Below, piece after piece: positions 51,110 through 63,480 of a DNA stretch of 64,000 bases. The stretch's first letter is position 1, and the number at the start of each line of letters is the position of its first letter. The notes below the pieces were generated by a model, which was not told the origin of the DNA, searched no databases, and saw only the letters and a program-made list of their open reading frames with translations. This DNA comes from Leptogorgia sarmentosa (Eukaryota). The stretch spans positions 3,596,001-3,660,000 of the forward strand of contig OZ210885.1 in assembly GCA_964658305.1 (NCBI GenBank), given 5' to 3'. The position numbers and the translations under genes were made by a program.

Positions 51110-53335
51110 TAAGTACATCGAGTGGAAATTATAGCTACAAGTATCGAAAGTCAAACCTTTTTTTGATAATATCATTTTGCTTTAAAAGGATTGCACATTT
51201 TGAAGAGGCGAAAAATGGCAAATGTAGGTAAACTCCTGTATATCAGCTGAAGAAATACAAGGAAACTACAAGGAAACAAGGAAAATGCTGAGATTTCAGT
51301 TAAATATAACTACGTTTGTATGAGATAAGTTTTTTAGGTTTCTAATATTCAATGAGTCAAAAAGGGGAATATATTTTGCGACACCAACGCAAATCACATA
51401 ATTTATGTACAAGCGATAAAAATAATGTATTAGTACAAGACATGCTGCATACGAACGAGGCAAGAAAAAATATATATAATGCACAAAGTCAAATATCAAC
51501 TAATTAAAATGCGAGAATACATCGAAGAAATGAATTAAAAATCAAGAGATCGACAAAGGTTTTTTATATCTCTGGGTCAAGATCATATTTTGCTCTATCT
51601 CTATGCTTTATCATTTTTCTTAAATAATCAACTAATTAATTCTGTCTTCTAACCTGTCTAGTACATCTCATACAGGATCACACTAAATTGAAGAAAAATG
51701 CCCATTAACACAAAGCCAACGGGAATGCATGTGCGTTTCAATTAGAAAAATAAGACGCATTTCATTTTTCCCCCCACTATCGTTGCAACCAAAAATGGAA
51801 TTTTCATCTCAGAAATGTTTTGACTATACGAAAATGCCTGGCAACTGGTTCGTTAGATTCGTACGCGTTGGCAGCTCCAGTTTTTTTTAGTTTTTTTCAA
51901 ATAAAAAAAAATATATTTTGACTTTTTTATTTTAAAAAATATGTACAATATTTTAATTCAAAATATGTATGGCAGTATTTTTAAGTTTCATTAGGGAACT
52001 ATATAGAGGTATCGCATTCCAAAGTAACCAAATGTTATTTTCAGATTTTCTTGACAGCTTGCACAAGTCTAGCGAAATCGACTGAGAATCAACTTCAATT
52101 CCATTGAGTAGCCATAGCAACTACATCTTTAGTAAGTCACGGTCAATTACAAATGGTTTAATATATGAATTGTTTTGATATTGTTTCATTATCTTTTGAC
52201 ATATATATTGCAATTTCTTTCTCGACATAGAGCGTTTTTATTACATTGATTTGTCGACCAACTTTTGGGCATTCCAAATTTCAAAAATACTGTATATTCT
52301 GCTCATCAAAGCTGCCTTGGTGCAGTCCAAATGCATTAGCTATAGGGTGCCCAAAAAGATGTTCTTACAATGTCTGTGATATTGTAATATATTAGCTTTC
52401 ATAAGTGTTTTTATTCTTCACAAGACTTCTGTGTAGACTCTTTAACAACCCACGTAGCCTAGATTAGTATAATTGAATCGAAAATGCCTCCTAAATTGTG
52501 GTAAAAGTATGAAATTTGGTAAGTTTTGGTATCGTAAATATCTCGTCGTGAAATTGCGAAAATTAATTTTGTTTGCTTTTTTATAACACCCGTTATGCAA
52601 AAGATAATCACACTCGAAATCCGGTTATTATATACCTTATATTTTCGTGTCAATATGTATGCAAAAATTCGTGACAGTATTTTTCAAATTTTACGAAATA
52701 ATTATAATTTTGTAACCTTGCAAACCGGTTCAAAATTTCATTAAATTTATGATAATTTTCCAGCGGTGCTTTTCCTAATTTGAAAGTTGTTTATCCAGAG
52801 GGGTCTATTGTATTTCTCCCAAACGCATGTCTCATTATTAAGTCATTCCGGAAAAAAGTAACGATAAGTTATTTATGAGTGAATTACCAATTGAACATAA
52901 TATTACAAGAATTTCATTGAGAGTAAAAAGTCCCAAACACCCAATAGAAATAGCATGGTAAGATAATGCAATGTAGAGGGGGACGGACCAGTTTGTGTTA
53001 TACAATAAAAATCCCCAATAAATTTCAAAAATTCTAAATCCTGGCCTTATTGTCTCGTTTTTTTATCATAATTTTGCTAGATTATTCTAGGACAATTTTT
53101 TTCTTCTCATCAAAACATAACGGCTTTTTGAAGTACAGTAATCTCCTAGTCTATATCTCCTATATCACAGGATAGGTTTTTATCAGTGAATTATCAATTG
53201 ACCATGGTTAAAAATTCAGTGTGATTTCTGACCCTACGTCCTTATGGTAAGCATAATTCATGGGCATGATGATGGTTATTATCGATGTTCTAATACAAAA
53301 GAAGACACTTTCTGCAGAATGCGTTTTTAAAAAGA

Positions 53336-53341
53336 TTTATT
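53336..53341 (-). terminator. Putative polyadenylation signal of RS-peptide paralog 1
   Basis: AATAAA on the minus strand about 105 nt downstream of the predicted stop. Confidence 0.45.
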
Positions 53342-53446
53342 CAATATGTTTCACAGTTTTGTTATGATTCTTAGTTAATCTACGTATTTCATTTGCCATT
53401 AAGTTCCTCCCAGGTGAGATTATCCTTTCCAGCCAAATGCATCAAA

Positions 53447-54482
53447 TTCTAAATTAAAACAAAAGAACAAAAAAGAAATTGTATAGGTTTGACAATAAGT
53501 TCATCTAACATTGGACGAATGAGGATACAAGTAGAGGGTGCTACGGTGTAAGAGAGGGGAGAAAGTTGGAGGAAAGATCATGACGACACCAAGCTGTATC
53601 GCATTCGAGGACACAAAAATATGATTATCAAAGAAAGAACCCTCAACATTGCAATGCGACAAAGATTTCAGTCTTAAATCATAGTAGCTATGCTTTGAAA
53701 GTATGAGTTGAGTTTAAGGAGTCGATTTTCGGACCATTACTCAACATATTTTCTCAATAGTTATAACCAGTTGTAACAACTATGATGTTACAGTAAGTTA
53801 CATATAATATATGTGACATGTAATTCACTTTACATTTAGTGAAGCCAAAATATCCGACGTGATCAGATCTAACAGGTCCATTGCTCTGCCCTCGGCCACG
53901 GCTGGGGCTGCGGCTATTACTGCGACTATGGCTACGGCTACGGCTACGGCCACGACTTTGACTACGACTTTGACTACGGCTGTTACTGCGACTGCGGCTT
54001 CGTCCACGACCGTTTCGTCGTTTTCCAGTCCGTTTTCTGCCAAATCGACGTCGCCCAAGCATAGCCATTGGATCAGCAAATACTTCGTTTGAAGCTGATC
54101 TATAGAAAAGTTCAAAACGTGAAGTGTTGTTTTGAAAAGCTCTTGCATGTCCAAAATGAACTTGTCCTGTGAATTATGTATCAATAATGAACTGTTTATA
54201 CAGTCAATTTGCCACGCATTGACAAAATATGGAGAAGTTACAACGCACCGTACGCAACCCGATAACACGGAGTGATCTTTTCAAGTTTTCAAATACAATG
54301 GCTCGTGATGTAACATTATCATTAAAGTTTGTAGCGCTAAAACATCTTAAACCTGATCAGAAACAATTTTACACCACTCACCTTTTCAGGGCATCTTTTA
54401 CCAACGTTTCATCGTCTTCACCAAGAATCAGAGTTGCTGAAATGATGAACAGAAACGCAAACAAGAGGATAGTTTTCTGCAT
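53447..54482 (-). CDS. Secreted Arg/Ser-repeat cationic peptide precursor, paralog 1 (about 122 aa)
   Basis: Exon 1 54482-54382 encodes MQKTILLFAFLFIISATLILGEDDETLVKDALK (phase 2, GTGAGT donor). Exon 2 54099-53834 encodes RSASNEVFADPMAMLGRRRFGRKRTGKRRNGRGRSRSRSNSRS...YFGFTK. A putative exon 3 from 53448 completes the stop as T|AA. There is a TATA box upstream and AATAAA at 53341-53336. The 3' end is less certain; without that splice the frame stops at 53754. Confidence 0.82.
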
Positions 54483-54546
54483 TCTTGCGTTTTCTTCTTT
54501 AAATGCAGAAGCAATAAGTACTGATTTTTACTGCCTCTGTTGTGGC

Positions 54547-54553
54547 TTTTATA
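54547..54553 (-). promoter_or_regulatory. TATA box of RS-peptide paralog 1
   Basis: TATAAAA on the minus strand, 65 nt upstream of the ATG, at the same distance as in paralog 2. Confidence 0.7.
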
Positions 54554-55293
54554 TAGCCAATGCACAACACCCTTAATATGTAAATAAATGTAATTGTTTT
54601 GCTTCGGGACAAAACGTACTTTGTTGTAAACACTTATGAAATTTAGCACAATATTCATGGTTGTTACGTGCGAAAATAACTGATAATTACATAAAAGATT
54701 TCAGTTTTTTTCTAAGCAACCTCCCTTTAAATAAATCGCAAACAGTTTTATTTCTAGGCAACCTACCTTTGAATACATCGTAATTGTACCAAGTTGCCAC
54801 CAACGTAGCTATAGTGTAAGAAGTCCTTCAATTTTTTGTACTTTTGATGCTTTACTTACTCTATATTATTATTCTTTCCATGTAAGTATTAATACAGTAA
54901 CTGAAAAAAATGAAATTATCAGCAATGCTCACAGTGGCGTCGCCAGCTCCAAAAGTAGGGAGATATATTCACATGTTCCTGTTTTGCAAGTTTGCGCAAT
55001 TGATTTTATTTTTTGAAAATGATTGTTTCTAGCAGTGGCGTGGGACGATTGATAATAAAGGAGGCTGATATTCATATATTAGTGTGCTGAGCTTGTGCTA
55101 GAGCATCATTCTTTATGGTCTGTGGACACGAATATATGAATATGACCCCCCTCTAATTATCAATCTTCCTACGCCACTGGTTTTTACGACCTGTGAACAT
55201 GAATATATAAATATGCCCCCTCCCAAAAATTATCGAGTCTGGCAACGCCACTAATTGCTCAACACATGACCTGAGCTTCAGCATTACTGTTAA

Positions 55294-55505
55294 GGCCGTT
55301 TTCCATTGCAGCCGCTTTGCCCGCGCGGGCGGAGCGAACATGTTTCAACTTTTGGTATAGGTGTCTAATCCAAGCTTTTTCTGTCTGCCTTTGAGCGCGC
55401 GGACACGCTTAGAAGTTGAACTACATTCAACTTTCCTGGCGTGCCCGCGCGACTGATTTTTTACGAGGTTAAAAGCGGGCAAAGCGACTGCAATGGAAAA
55501 TGGCC
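55294..55505. mobile_element. Harbinger/PIF-like MITE
   Basis: GGCCGTTTTCCATTGCAGCCGCTTTGCCCGC pairs with GCGGGCAAAGCGACTGCAATGGAAAATGGCC as TIRs of about 31 bp. Confidence 0.75.
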
Positions 55506-57466
55506 TGTAGCTTTACGTTTATGTAACGATATTTGGTTGAACATTTCATTGATTTTGTGAACGGGGACTGAGGGGTATGATCCATAAAATGACGATGTAA
55601 CTTAATTCCTTGATAAAATTTTCGAAGCTCTTTCCTTATTCAGATACTCACCTTTGCACAGTGGCGTCACCAGACTTGATGTGTGGGCGACATGTTCATA
55701 TATGTTAATTGTCCCCTCCCCCTCTCCCCCCACCCCAATTTGTCGAGCTGGGGATGACACAAACATTGATGTCATAATGATTGCCTATAAAACGACGATG
55801 AATCATAAAATGCTTGAAAATATTTCAATTTTTAAATGTCGATTCAAAAAGTTAAAATGTTTCATTAATTTAAGATAATTATGTGCCACATCAATTCTGA
55901 GTTCATCCACTTTTATTCCAGCAAATCTTATTTTCTCTCCCCATGCAAAACAGACGAAATCCTAGCCTTTATTTCAACCAATTTAGAACCTTCTGAAGTA
56001 CTATGATTTGTTGCTAATGGTAGCTAAGCAGAGCAATATGTGAAAAATCATACCTTTAAGATCGTAGAATACAAAAGATATTTTTTGAGTTGAGCTGATG
56101 GTTTTGTAATCATTTTCTGGTCAGGATTTTGTTAGTCGATACAAATTGGCCATTTTAAAAATTTATTGATGTTTTCTAAGATTACAGTTATGTCTATTCT
56201 ATATATGTCTATTCGTACAAGTTATAATGTATACGTATTTACTGTTCTGGTTAACCATTTTTTGTTCAGCATCTCAGCGAAAGTCATCGGCCCTATATGA
56301 AAAGAAAGAACACACAAATTGTAACGCGTATATAACGATTAGTTTTGAACGAAGGGGGAGGGTAGTCGCTGTTGTACCGTACACCTCAGACTATAACGAC
56401 TAGCGAGTCATTTAATAGAAAATTTGAGGTTGTTCAAACGTTTTAAAAGGTTGTCCGATGTGGAAAAAATTAGGAAGTGTTGGATTTTCAACGCCTCAAC
56501 CGCAATATAAAGCCAGCCTAAAAACATCGAGTCTAAATTCAAATGATTTGAAAATTCAATCTATTTAATTTGTCCGTGAGAGCAATATTTTCAAGATTGC
56601 TTTTAAGGACCAAACGTTTTCTATTGGAAATCAATCCTATGGGCGATTGAAAGAATAATCAATCAAATTCCAAACGTTTTTCGATTTAAAGAAGCTTATT
56701 CTTGGCCTTCTATTGCCGCACACGCGACGTTTGAGCAATGTGATTGGCTTAGAATTTTAAATCTTTACAAAGATTGAAATGATTCTCAGTCGTCTTTATC
56801 CACTGACATACTTTCAATCGAATTGCACACTGAAACAGTATTTTTCAATCTAAATTCAATCTATTATAGACTGACTTATTTTTCAACTGAACTGTTGAAA
56901 GATTGAAAATTTCAATCTTCTGAATTGAGAGGGTAAAAACAGGATGAGATCGATTTTTCTCACAACTGGCCTAACTGAGAATTTTTCTGCAGCAAAGTCA
57001 TTATTTTTCGCTATGATTTCTTCCTGCAGTCACGGAGTGAAACACGACTATTTTTTATAATTTTGACCATTAAACTTAAAAGTTTCATTTTTGATTGGCT
57101 AGCTACATCGAAATTTATAGGAAAATCTATAAAACAGTTTCAATGTTCCGCTCCGAATTACCCATAAAATTTATAAAAACTTTCATAAAAGGAAATTCAA
57201 AATATCTAAGAAAAAATTTTAAGAATGTCCTGTTACTGTGGTAATGAAAATATCTAATAACATGTTTAATTTTTGAGAGACACCTTAATTCGTAGTACTT
57301 TGAAATTAGATAAATTATGAGGTTGAGAATTCGGATAAAATACTAGAATTCGGAGTATTAATTTAGATATGTAATCTCAATATTCGAAACCGAGTCATAC
57401 AACATATGACTATGTTGTCATACAACTTTTTATCAAGTCTTATAATTTTTAGTAATATACTTACAT

Positions 57467-58259
57467 TTAGTGACGATAATAATATTCATCATATGGGCTG
57501 TAGCTACGGCTACGACTGCGGCTGTAGCTGTAATGAGGACCACAAGTAATGCTACGGCTACGGCTGCGACTACGGCTCCATCGACATCCTTTGGGGAGCT
57601 TGCCGGTGAAAGGTTTTCGGCCGAACAGTCGACGCCGGAGATCCCTGGGATCAGCAAACAATTCGTTCGAAGCTGTCCTAGAAAAGTTTGTAATCGTCTC
57701 TGTTCAGTGCTGTGTTGAAAAAATGCCTTGCAAATGAAGCAGGAGCTTCATATTCTATATCAAAAAACTGTTAAGAGGATAATTTTTTCAATGTAGCGTA
57801 TTTTCGACGAAATGTGTTCAAAACCCGAAATCGTTTGGGCGTTCCTCTCAAAAGTCGTTATTCTGCTGACTGAGAAACCTCAAAATTCTAAATTTATATT
57901 TCGACGAATTTGAGTTTTCAGCGCTAGATACGTGACATACAGAAAATCTTCGTCTCAATTCCTCCCAATTTTGTTCCTACTGTAAATTCACGTCGCGCTG
58001 AACGCGATTGCGATTCGTAATGACAAGAGATATTTCCAAGTTTTCGGAATCAAATACATTCAACTTCTCCTTAGTCCTGAAGTAATTTTCCTGCAAACCT
58101 TAGCTACAATGCTAAAAACATCGTAACTCTCTGAGTAGAAAACAATCATATCACTCACCTTTCGAAGACATCTTTCACCAATTGTTTATCTTCTTCGCCA
58201 AAGATCAACGTTGCTGAGATGATCAGCACAAACGCGAACAAGAAAACAGTTTTCTCCAT
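57467..58259 (-). CDS. Secreted Arg/Ser(Tyr)-repeat cationic peptide precursor, paralog 2 (103 aa)
   Basis: Exon 1 58259-58159 encodes MEKTVFLFAFVLIISATLIFGEEDKQLVKDVFE (phase 2). Exon 2 57677-57467 encodes RTASNELFADPRDLRRRLFGRKPFTGKLPKGCRWSRSRSRSRSITCGPHYSYSRSRSRSYSPYDEYYYRH*. Exon-1 length (101 nt) and phase match paralog 1. Confidence 0.85.
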
Positions 58260-58323
58260 TTTTGCTCTTCTCTCTCTGGTGTACAAGCTAGCAGACTCTG
58301 ATTTTTACTGCATTTGCTCTGCC

Positions 58324-58330
58324 TTTTATA
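58324..58330 (-). promoter_or_regulatory. TATA box of RS-peptide paralog 2
   Basis: TATAAAA on the minus strand, 65 nt upstream of the ATG, positionally conserved with paralog 1. Confidence 0.7.
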
Positions 58331-59049
58331 GCTATAATGCAAACATCCTCAATATGTAAATAAAATATATTGCGCGGTGGGACAAAAAATACTTTGTTGG
58401 AAACACTTAACACTTGAGAAATTCGACACAATATTCACAGTTGCAATATTCAAAAGCCCTGATAACCATTTTAAATATTTTGGTTATATTTGAGCAAGAC
58501 ACTTGAAAATAGTGCATGACTTCTATTTAGTTTCGTATTATACGTACTTTCTATTTAGTTTAATTCTCAACCTTATTATTTTCCCACGAGAAGAGTATGG
58601 GGAAATCTCATAAATAGTGCAATCAAAACGTCTTCATGATATTATACTATTAACACTGTTCAACATCTGCAGTGCTTCAACAAGCTGTCAGGATACAGCA
58701 CTAGCCTCCCCACCCCCCACAAAGCTCTAAGTGTTTATGTAACGATATTTCATCTAGCATTTTATTGATGATATTCAACAAGGATCACAATATAATGACG
58801 ATGTATTTTGGTAGATTTTTTCTAAACTTTCACCTTATGGAGGTAGTCAACTTCATTTGATATGTAAATAATACAACTAGTGAGGTCATACTATATAATG
58901 AATTTTCAAAATGTTTTATCGATTTAAAAAATAGACAAGATGTTTGTCATTATCACTTGCGCTAGATCATGGCACACTCACACTAGTGCAGATTTAATTT
59001 GATAGTAATTTAACAATTAGATTACTAGCTTCGGATTTCTACGAGGTGA

Positions 59050-61520
59050 GAGTTAATAAGAGCGAATATTGGACTGATTGGATGATAGACAAATTCGAAA
59101 AAAGTGAAACCTATCGTTACAGCATTAAAGAGCATCTTAAGCTACTAAAATTGCAAAGTCTGGTTGTAAAATGTTGCGTAAAATGCGAAATTATATAAAC
59201 ATGAATAGTTTACAAAGTGTAGTCTATAAATTTACAATAATATACTGTGATTCTACCAATGTTATATTCTACGAGTTTGCGATACGCCTATCGTGGTAGA
59301 CGCTTATTACAAAGTATGACGTCACCATATAGCTATAGTTCTATTATTTGCATTTTACTCAATCCCATTTTACTTTCAGACTAGGGAATCTCATTTTCCC
59401 CGTCCCAAAACAAGCGATTCCTAGCTTTCATTTTACCCTATTTAGAACGTTTGTATTGAAGTGTTATGACATGTTGCTAGTGGTAGCATAATAGGAAAAA
59501 CATTTCAGAAATGACGCTTTCAAGGTGGTAGGATACAAAAAATCTTTCCTCAACTGATGATTTAAAATAGTGTGTCAAACTTGACATTGCCACGGCTATA
59601 ATAGCCATTTAAAATCCCACAAAAAATTTCTAATGTTCAAACGGAATCTCAAACTTAGCAATGAAACGGAAATATGCCACAAATAATTTGGTTCAGCTTT
59701 CTAAGTATCTTTTATATATATTGTAGTGCCTAGTATTAGGCAATGTTCAATGAATTGAGCTCATCTCATTTTTTATTTCATTTGTATTAGAAATCGCTTT
59801 AATATATTTCACACAAGCATATATATATATATATATGATTTTTGCAAGTCATGGCCATTTCTAGGCTTAGGAATAATCTTATTGTATATAATTGTATTGC
59901 AATAATATATTATATTGTATGACTTTGTGAGCATTTTCCGGTCGAATTAACTTTCATCTCATCGTATACTTGAGAGTTGAGAGCGAATCATTTTTCTTTC
60001 AAAGCGAGACAGAAGTCATTTTCTTTCAAATCAAATTCGCTTGTTTCGCTATCATTATTATGCTATTTCTGTATCGAGGAATAGTTTGTCAATAGATTAG
60101 CCAATCGAATTACAGCATTTGCGCATACAATAGAATACTGGTATGATTCTACTAACTACGACATACGTATTCTGCTAAGCACTCATTACATAGTATGACA
60201 TTACAGTAGCAATAGTTCTTTTATTGGCGTCCTGCCAAATCCTATCTTAGGAAATCTCCTTTTCCTGCCCCGGAACAGGCAAATCCCAGCTTTAATTTTA
60301 CTCTTTACAATTTTTGTTTTGAAATGTTATGACATGTTGCTAATGGTAGCATGGCAGGAAGAATATTCGAAAAATGATGCCTTCACGTTGGTAGAATACA
60401 AAAAGTCTTTTTCCTTGTAGCTGATGAAAGTGTGTCATTTGAAAAGTGTGTCAAACTTGACATTGACACGACCAAATGCCGCAAAAAAAAATGTTAACAT
60501 TTGAACAGGAGGTCTTGACAATGAAACCGGACAAATTCTTGGCCACGAATGTTTTAAGCTTTCTAAGACTATCTTTTATTATACTGTATATACCTAACGT
60601 TAGCCAGTGTTAGCTAGCTATATAATGAATCCATTGTTTGACTTGCATTCGATGCGACGGAAATTCGACGTCTAAAACGGGCCTTGGTTTTTAGATGCTT
60701 CGAAATATTAATCATCGAACTCCCAAGGCTACTTAAGTAAACGTAGTTTGCTAGAATTTAGAATGCTGTTGTTTAATTAAAACTTTGAAACACCATTCAT
60801 CATGCCACAGCTAACAATTCCGGAAAGAATATGTAGAGCAATATTCGCTTTGAAATTTCTTGTGAGCACTCACTTTATACACCCTGCATGTATATAATTT
60901 ATCCTGTAAGCTAGTTCTAAAAATTTCAATTGTATTAGACATTGTTTTAATGTAATTAGTTTCACCTTAGCATATCACCTGTAAGTTATTTCTGAAAATC
61001 AATTTTTGGGGCAATTAACTGATTATATTGTATTGGGATATTGAATAACATGATATTGGATTGTATGAATAAATTTACAGCTCGAATTTGAGAGCGAATA
61101 AGTCATTTTACAGAGCGTAACAGACAAAGTTTTCTTTCATTTATATAAAATTCGCTTGTATTGCTACTTTTTATTCATTGAGGAGCAATTGGCGAGTGGA
61201 GTTGTCAAGAAAGTTTAACTAATTTCATGTAGCGTTTGTAATAGTATTCTACTATAACTCTTCTATAAATGTAATGATGTCACCAAAGTTATAATTTTGT
61301 CATTCATCGTTCTGTCAATTCTAGGCAATCTCACTTTTTAGCACAGAAAATTACATTTATTCTGCCTCACTGAAAACAGGCGAATCCTATTTTTTATTTT
61401 GCTCTATTTACCTAGAGCCTTTTATGATAAAGTGTTGTGATATTGTGAGAAAATAATATCTTTAAGGAGGCAGGATAAAAACGTTTTTTGAGGACTTTGT
61501 AAGCATTTTCCGGTCAAATA
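59050..61520. repeat. Old, diverged non-coding tandem repeat with a unit of about 0.9-1.1 kb
   Basis: Blocks recur in the same order: gagagcgaat-like at about 59060, 59980 and 61090; tagg(g/a/c)aatctc...aaca(a/g)gc...tgttatgacatgttgcta(a/g)tggtagc at about 59381, 60247 and 61321 (most diverged). Confidence 0.65.
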
Positions 61521-62261
61521 TAAAAAATTATGTCTAGTCATAAATTTTGGTCACTCCTAAAATGGGCACACGTTGCTATAGTTACTAAACTCCGTAGTCA
61601 AAAGATGAAATACTTGCAGGACCAAAGAATGTGATCCGAACTGATTCATGGAAGATGTTCATGATAATCTTGACGGCAGGCTCCTTTGACAAGGTTGTAT
61701 GCAATAGACTAGAAAGTAAACTTAATGCATAATATGTTAGGCAGCGTTTTAACCTTTCCTATACGTAAACAAAGAAAGTCCATCATAGCGTTGTTCCCCC
61801 GCCATGTATATAACGCTCATACTTTTGTGACATATCTCAATTTACGGGTTAAATTAATTTTAATCACTGAATACAGATAATGTTAAGCGGAATAATTCAG
61901 CATTACACTCACGAAAATGTTTGGAAATCATTTTTATAAACAGACTTGGGAAAGCAACTGTAGAAGAGGCGCTTTAATTTATTTTGCGGCCATTTTCTCC
62001 TCTTGATCAGTCATAAATGTTCCATGCAAGTTATGAAATCCCACAACAACTTTGATGGGTAATCTACTCCTTCAAATGGTTCAAAAGGATCCGGGAAAAT
62101 TGCTCCTAAAATCGCAGCAAAAATCGTCGGTGTGAATAGGGCTTTAATCAAATAAAGAAATGCTAAAAATGCTCCAAAATTGGAACCATAATTTATAGCA
62201 ACCGACAGCATATCCTGGGCAAACGTAGATTGAGCAAGATTTTTGGCTTCTTATATATATA

Positions 62262-63079
62262 TACCGGGTGGCGCAAAAAAAGTATAACTGTTTGATTACT
62301 TATAACTCAAAAACCATACGCGGTAGAACCCTAAATGGAGTTTTATTGCATCCAGCTATGTCTAACTTAAATTTTGGTATATTCGACAGGCATTTTCGTC
62401 CAAGATTGACTGAGATATGAGAGTTTAAACGTTCGTTGACAATTTTGAAACCTTCACAAATTAGCTAAAAACGGCCCATTAAATATTAATACAGCATTAA
62501 CGACATATAAAGAGATGTACCGTGTTCCGAATCGTATAAAACAAACGTCTATTCGTTAGAAAATGCATGTCCCCGAGCACGAATGCAGCGTCTTGCCAAC
62601 TCTTTGGTCCTTTGTTAAACGAGGCATAATTATTACTTAGAAGCATACGAGGGGACATTCGCATTTTAGAATTCAGTTCATTCCCTTTAGACGTCGAATT
62701 AAAATTTAGAAAACTTTTAATCAACCTTGCCTTGTAGCTTAATTTTTCTGTTGCCGAACAGCAAACAAAAACGAGAAAGCATATCTGTTACAAGGAAGAT
62801 GGAATTTGCACTTCGACTACGTTTGTTAAAACGCTGCTTATGTTAAAATAGTGACGCGGTTATAAAATCAGTTTAATAGGCCGTTTTTAGCTAATTTGTA
62901 ACCGTTTGAAAATTGTTCACAAACTCTCATAGCTATCTCAGTCAAGATGCCTGTCGAATATACCAAAATTTAAGTTAGACATCGCTGGATGCAATGAAAC
63001 TCTATTTAGGGTTCTACTGCTTATGGTTTCTGAGCTATAAGTAATCAAATGGTTGTACTTTTTTTTGCGCCACCCGGTG
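62262..63079. mobile_element. Non-autonomous Tc1/mariner-like element with TIRs of about 210 bp in a (TA)n site
   Basis: TACCGGGTGGCGCAAAAAAAGTA... pairs with ...TACTTTTTTTTGCGCCACCCGGTG. Long imperfect inverted arms, TA flanks, and no transposase ORF. Confidence 0.85.
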
Positions 63080-63214
63080 TATATATATTCTGAAGGCATA
63101 TTTTTTTCATTTTTTCAAAATGAAAAAATTGAGAATTTTGGTAACCATCCAAGTTCTTCGCGATTAAGATATGGCCTTGGACACAAGAATTATATATGAG
63201 AAAAAAGACTTGAT

Positions 63215-63480
63215 AAAATAGCCATTTAAAAAGACGAGCGTTGATTGGTCGAGAGCTCAAAAAACCCGTGTTTTTATAACACTATAGAAACACGAGAATT
63301 TTCACGCGGTTGCGTGGATTGCGCGTGAAATCAAAATACAAAATTAATCAAAACTCGAAATTGTGTGGAAACACTCGCACTTCGTGTTCGCTTTCTCACG
63401 GAATTTCTCGTTTCGCCCAAATTTCCACGCGTGTTTCTGCAACTCTATAGAAACACGGAAATTTTTTTCTATTTCCTAAA
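63215..63480. repeat. Interspersed repeat shared in inverted orientation with about 48040-48105
   Basis: cgttgattggtcgagagctcaaaaaacccgtgttt is the reverse complement of aaacacgggttttttgagctctcgaccaatcaacg at about 48046. Confidence 0.7.

Noticed and set aside
52046..52131. Exon-like segment on the + strand (ttttcag...gtaagt)
   Set aside because: No partner exons or recognisable product were found; it cannot be supported without RNA data.
47500..53300. Search for a PTP catalytic domain downstream of the wedge-like segment
   Set aside because: No KNRY, WPD or HCSAG-type exon was seen, so no functional phosphatase gene is called.
53859..54092. + strand Ala/Thr-rich ORF (also 57470-57718) and Val/Ala-rich alternative minus frames
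   Set aside because: These are shadow frames of the (AGCCGT)n repeat. Only the RS frame is in phase with the signal-peptide exon.
62011..62211. Hydrophobic minus-strand ORF next to the Tc1-like element, possibly continuous with 63080-63260
   Set aside because: There is an in-frame stop just upstream, the frames do not join after removing the element, and there are no clear splice sites or family.
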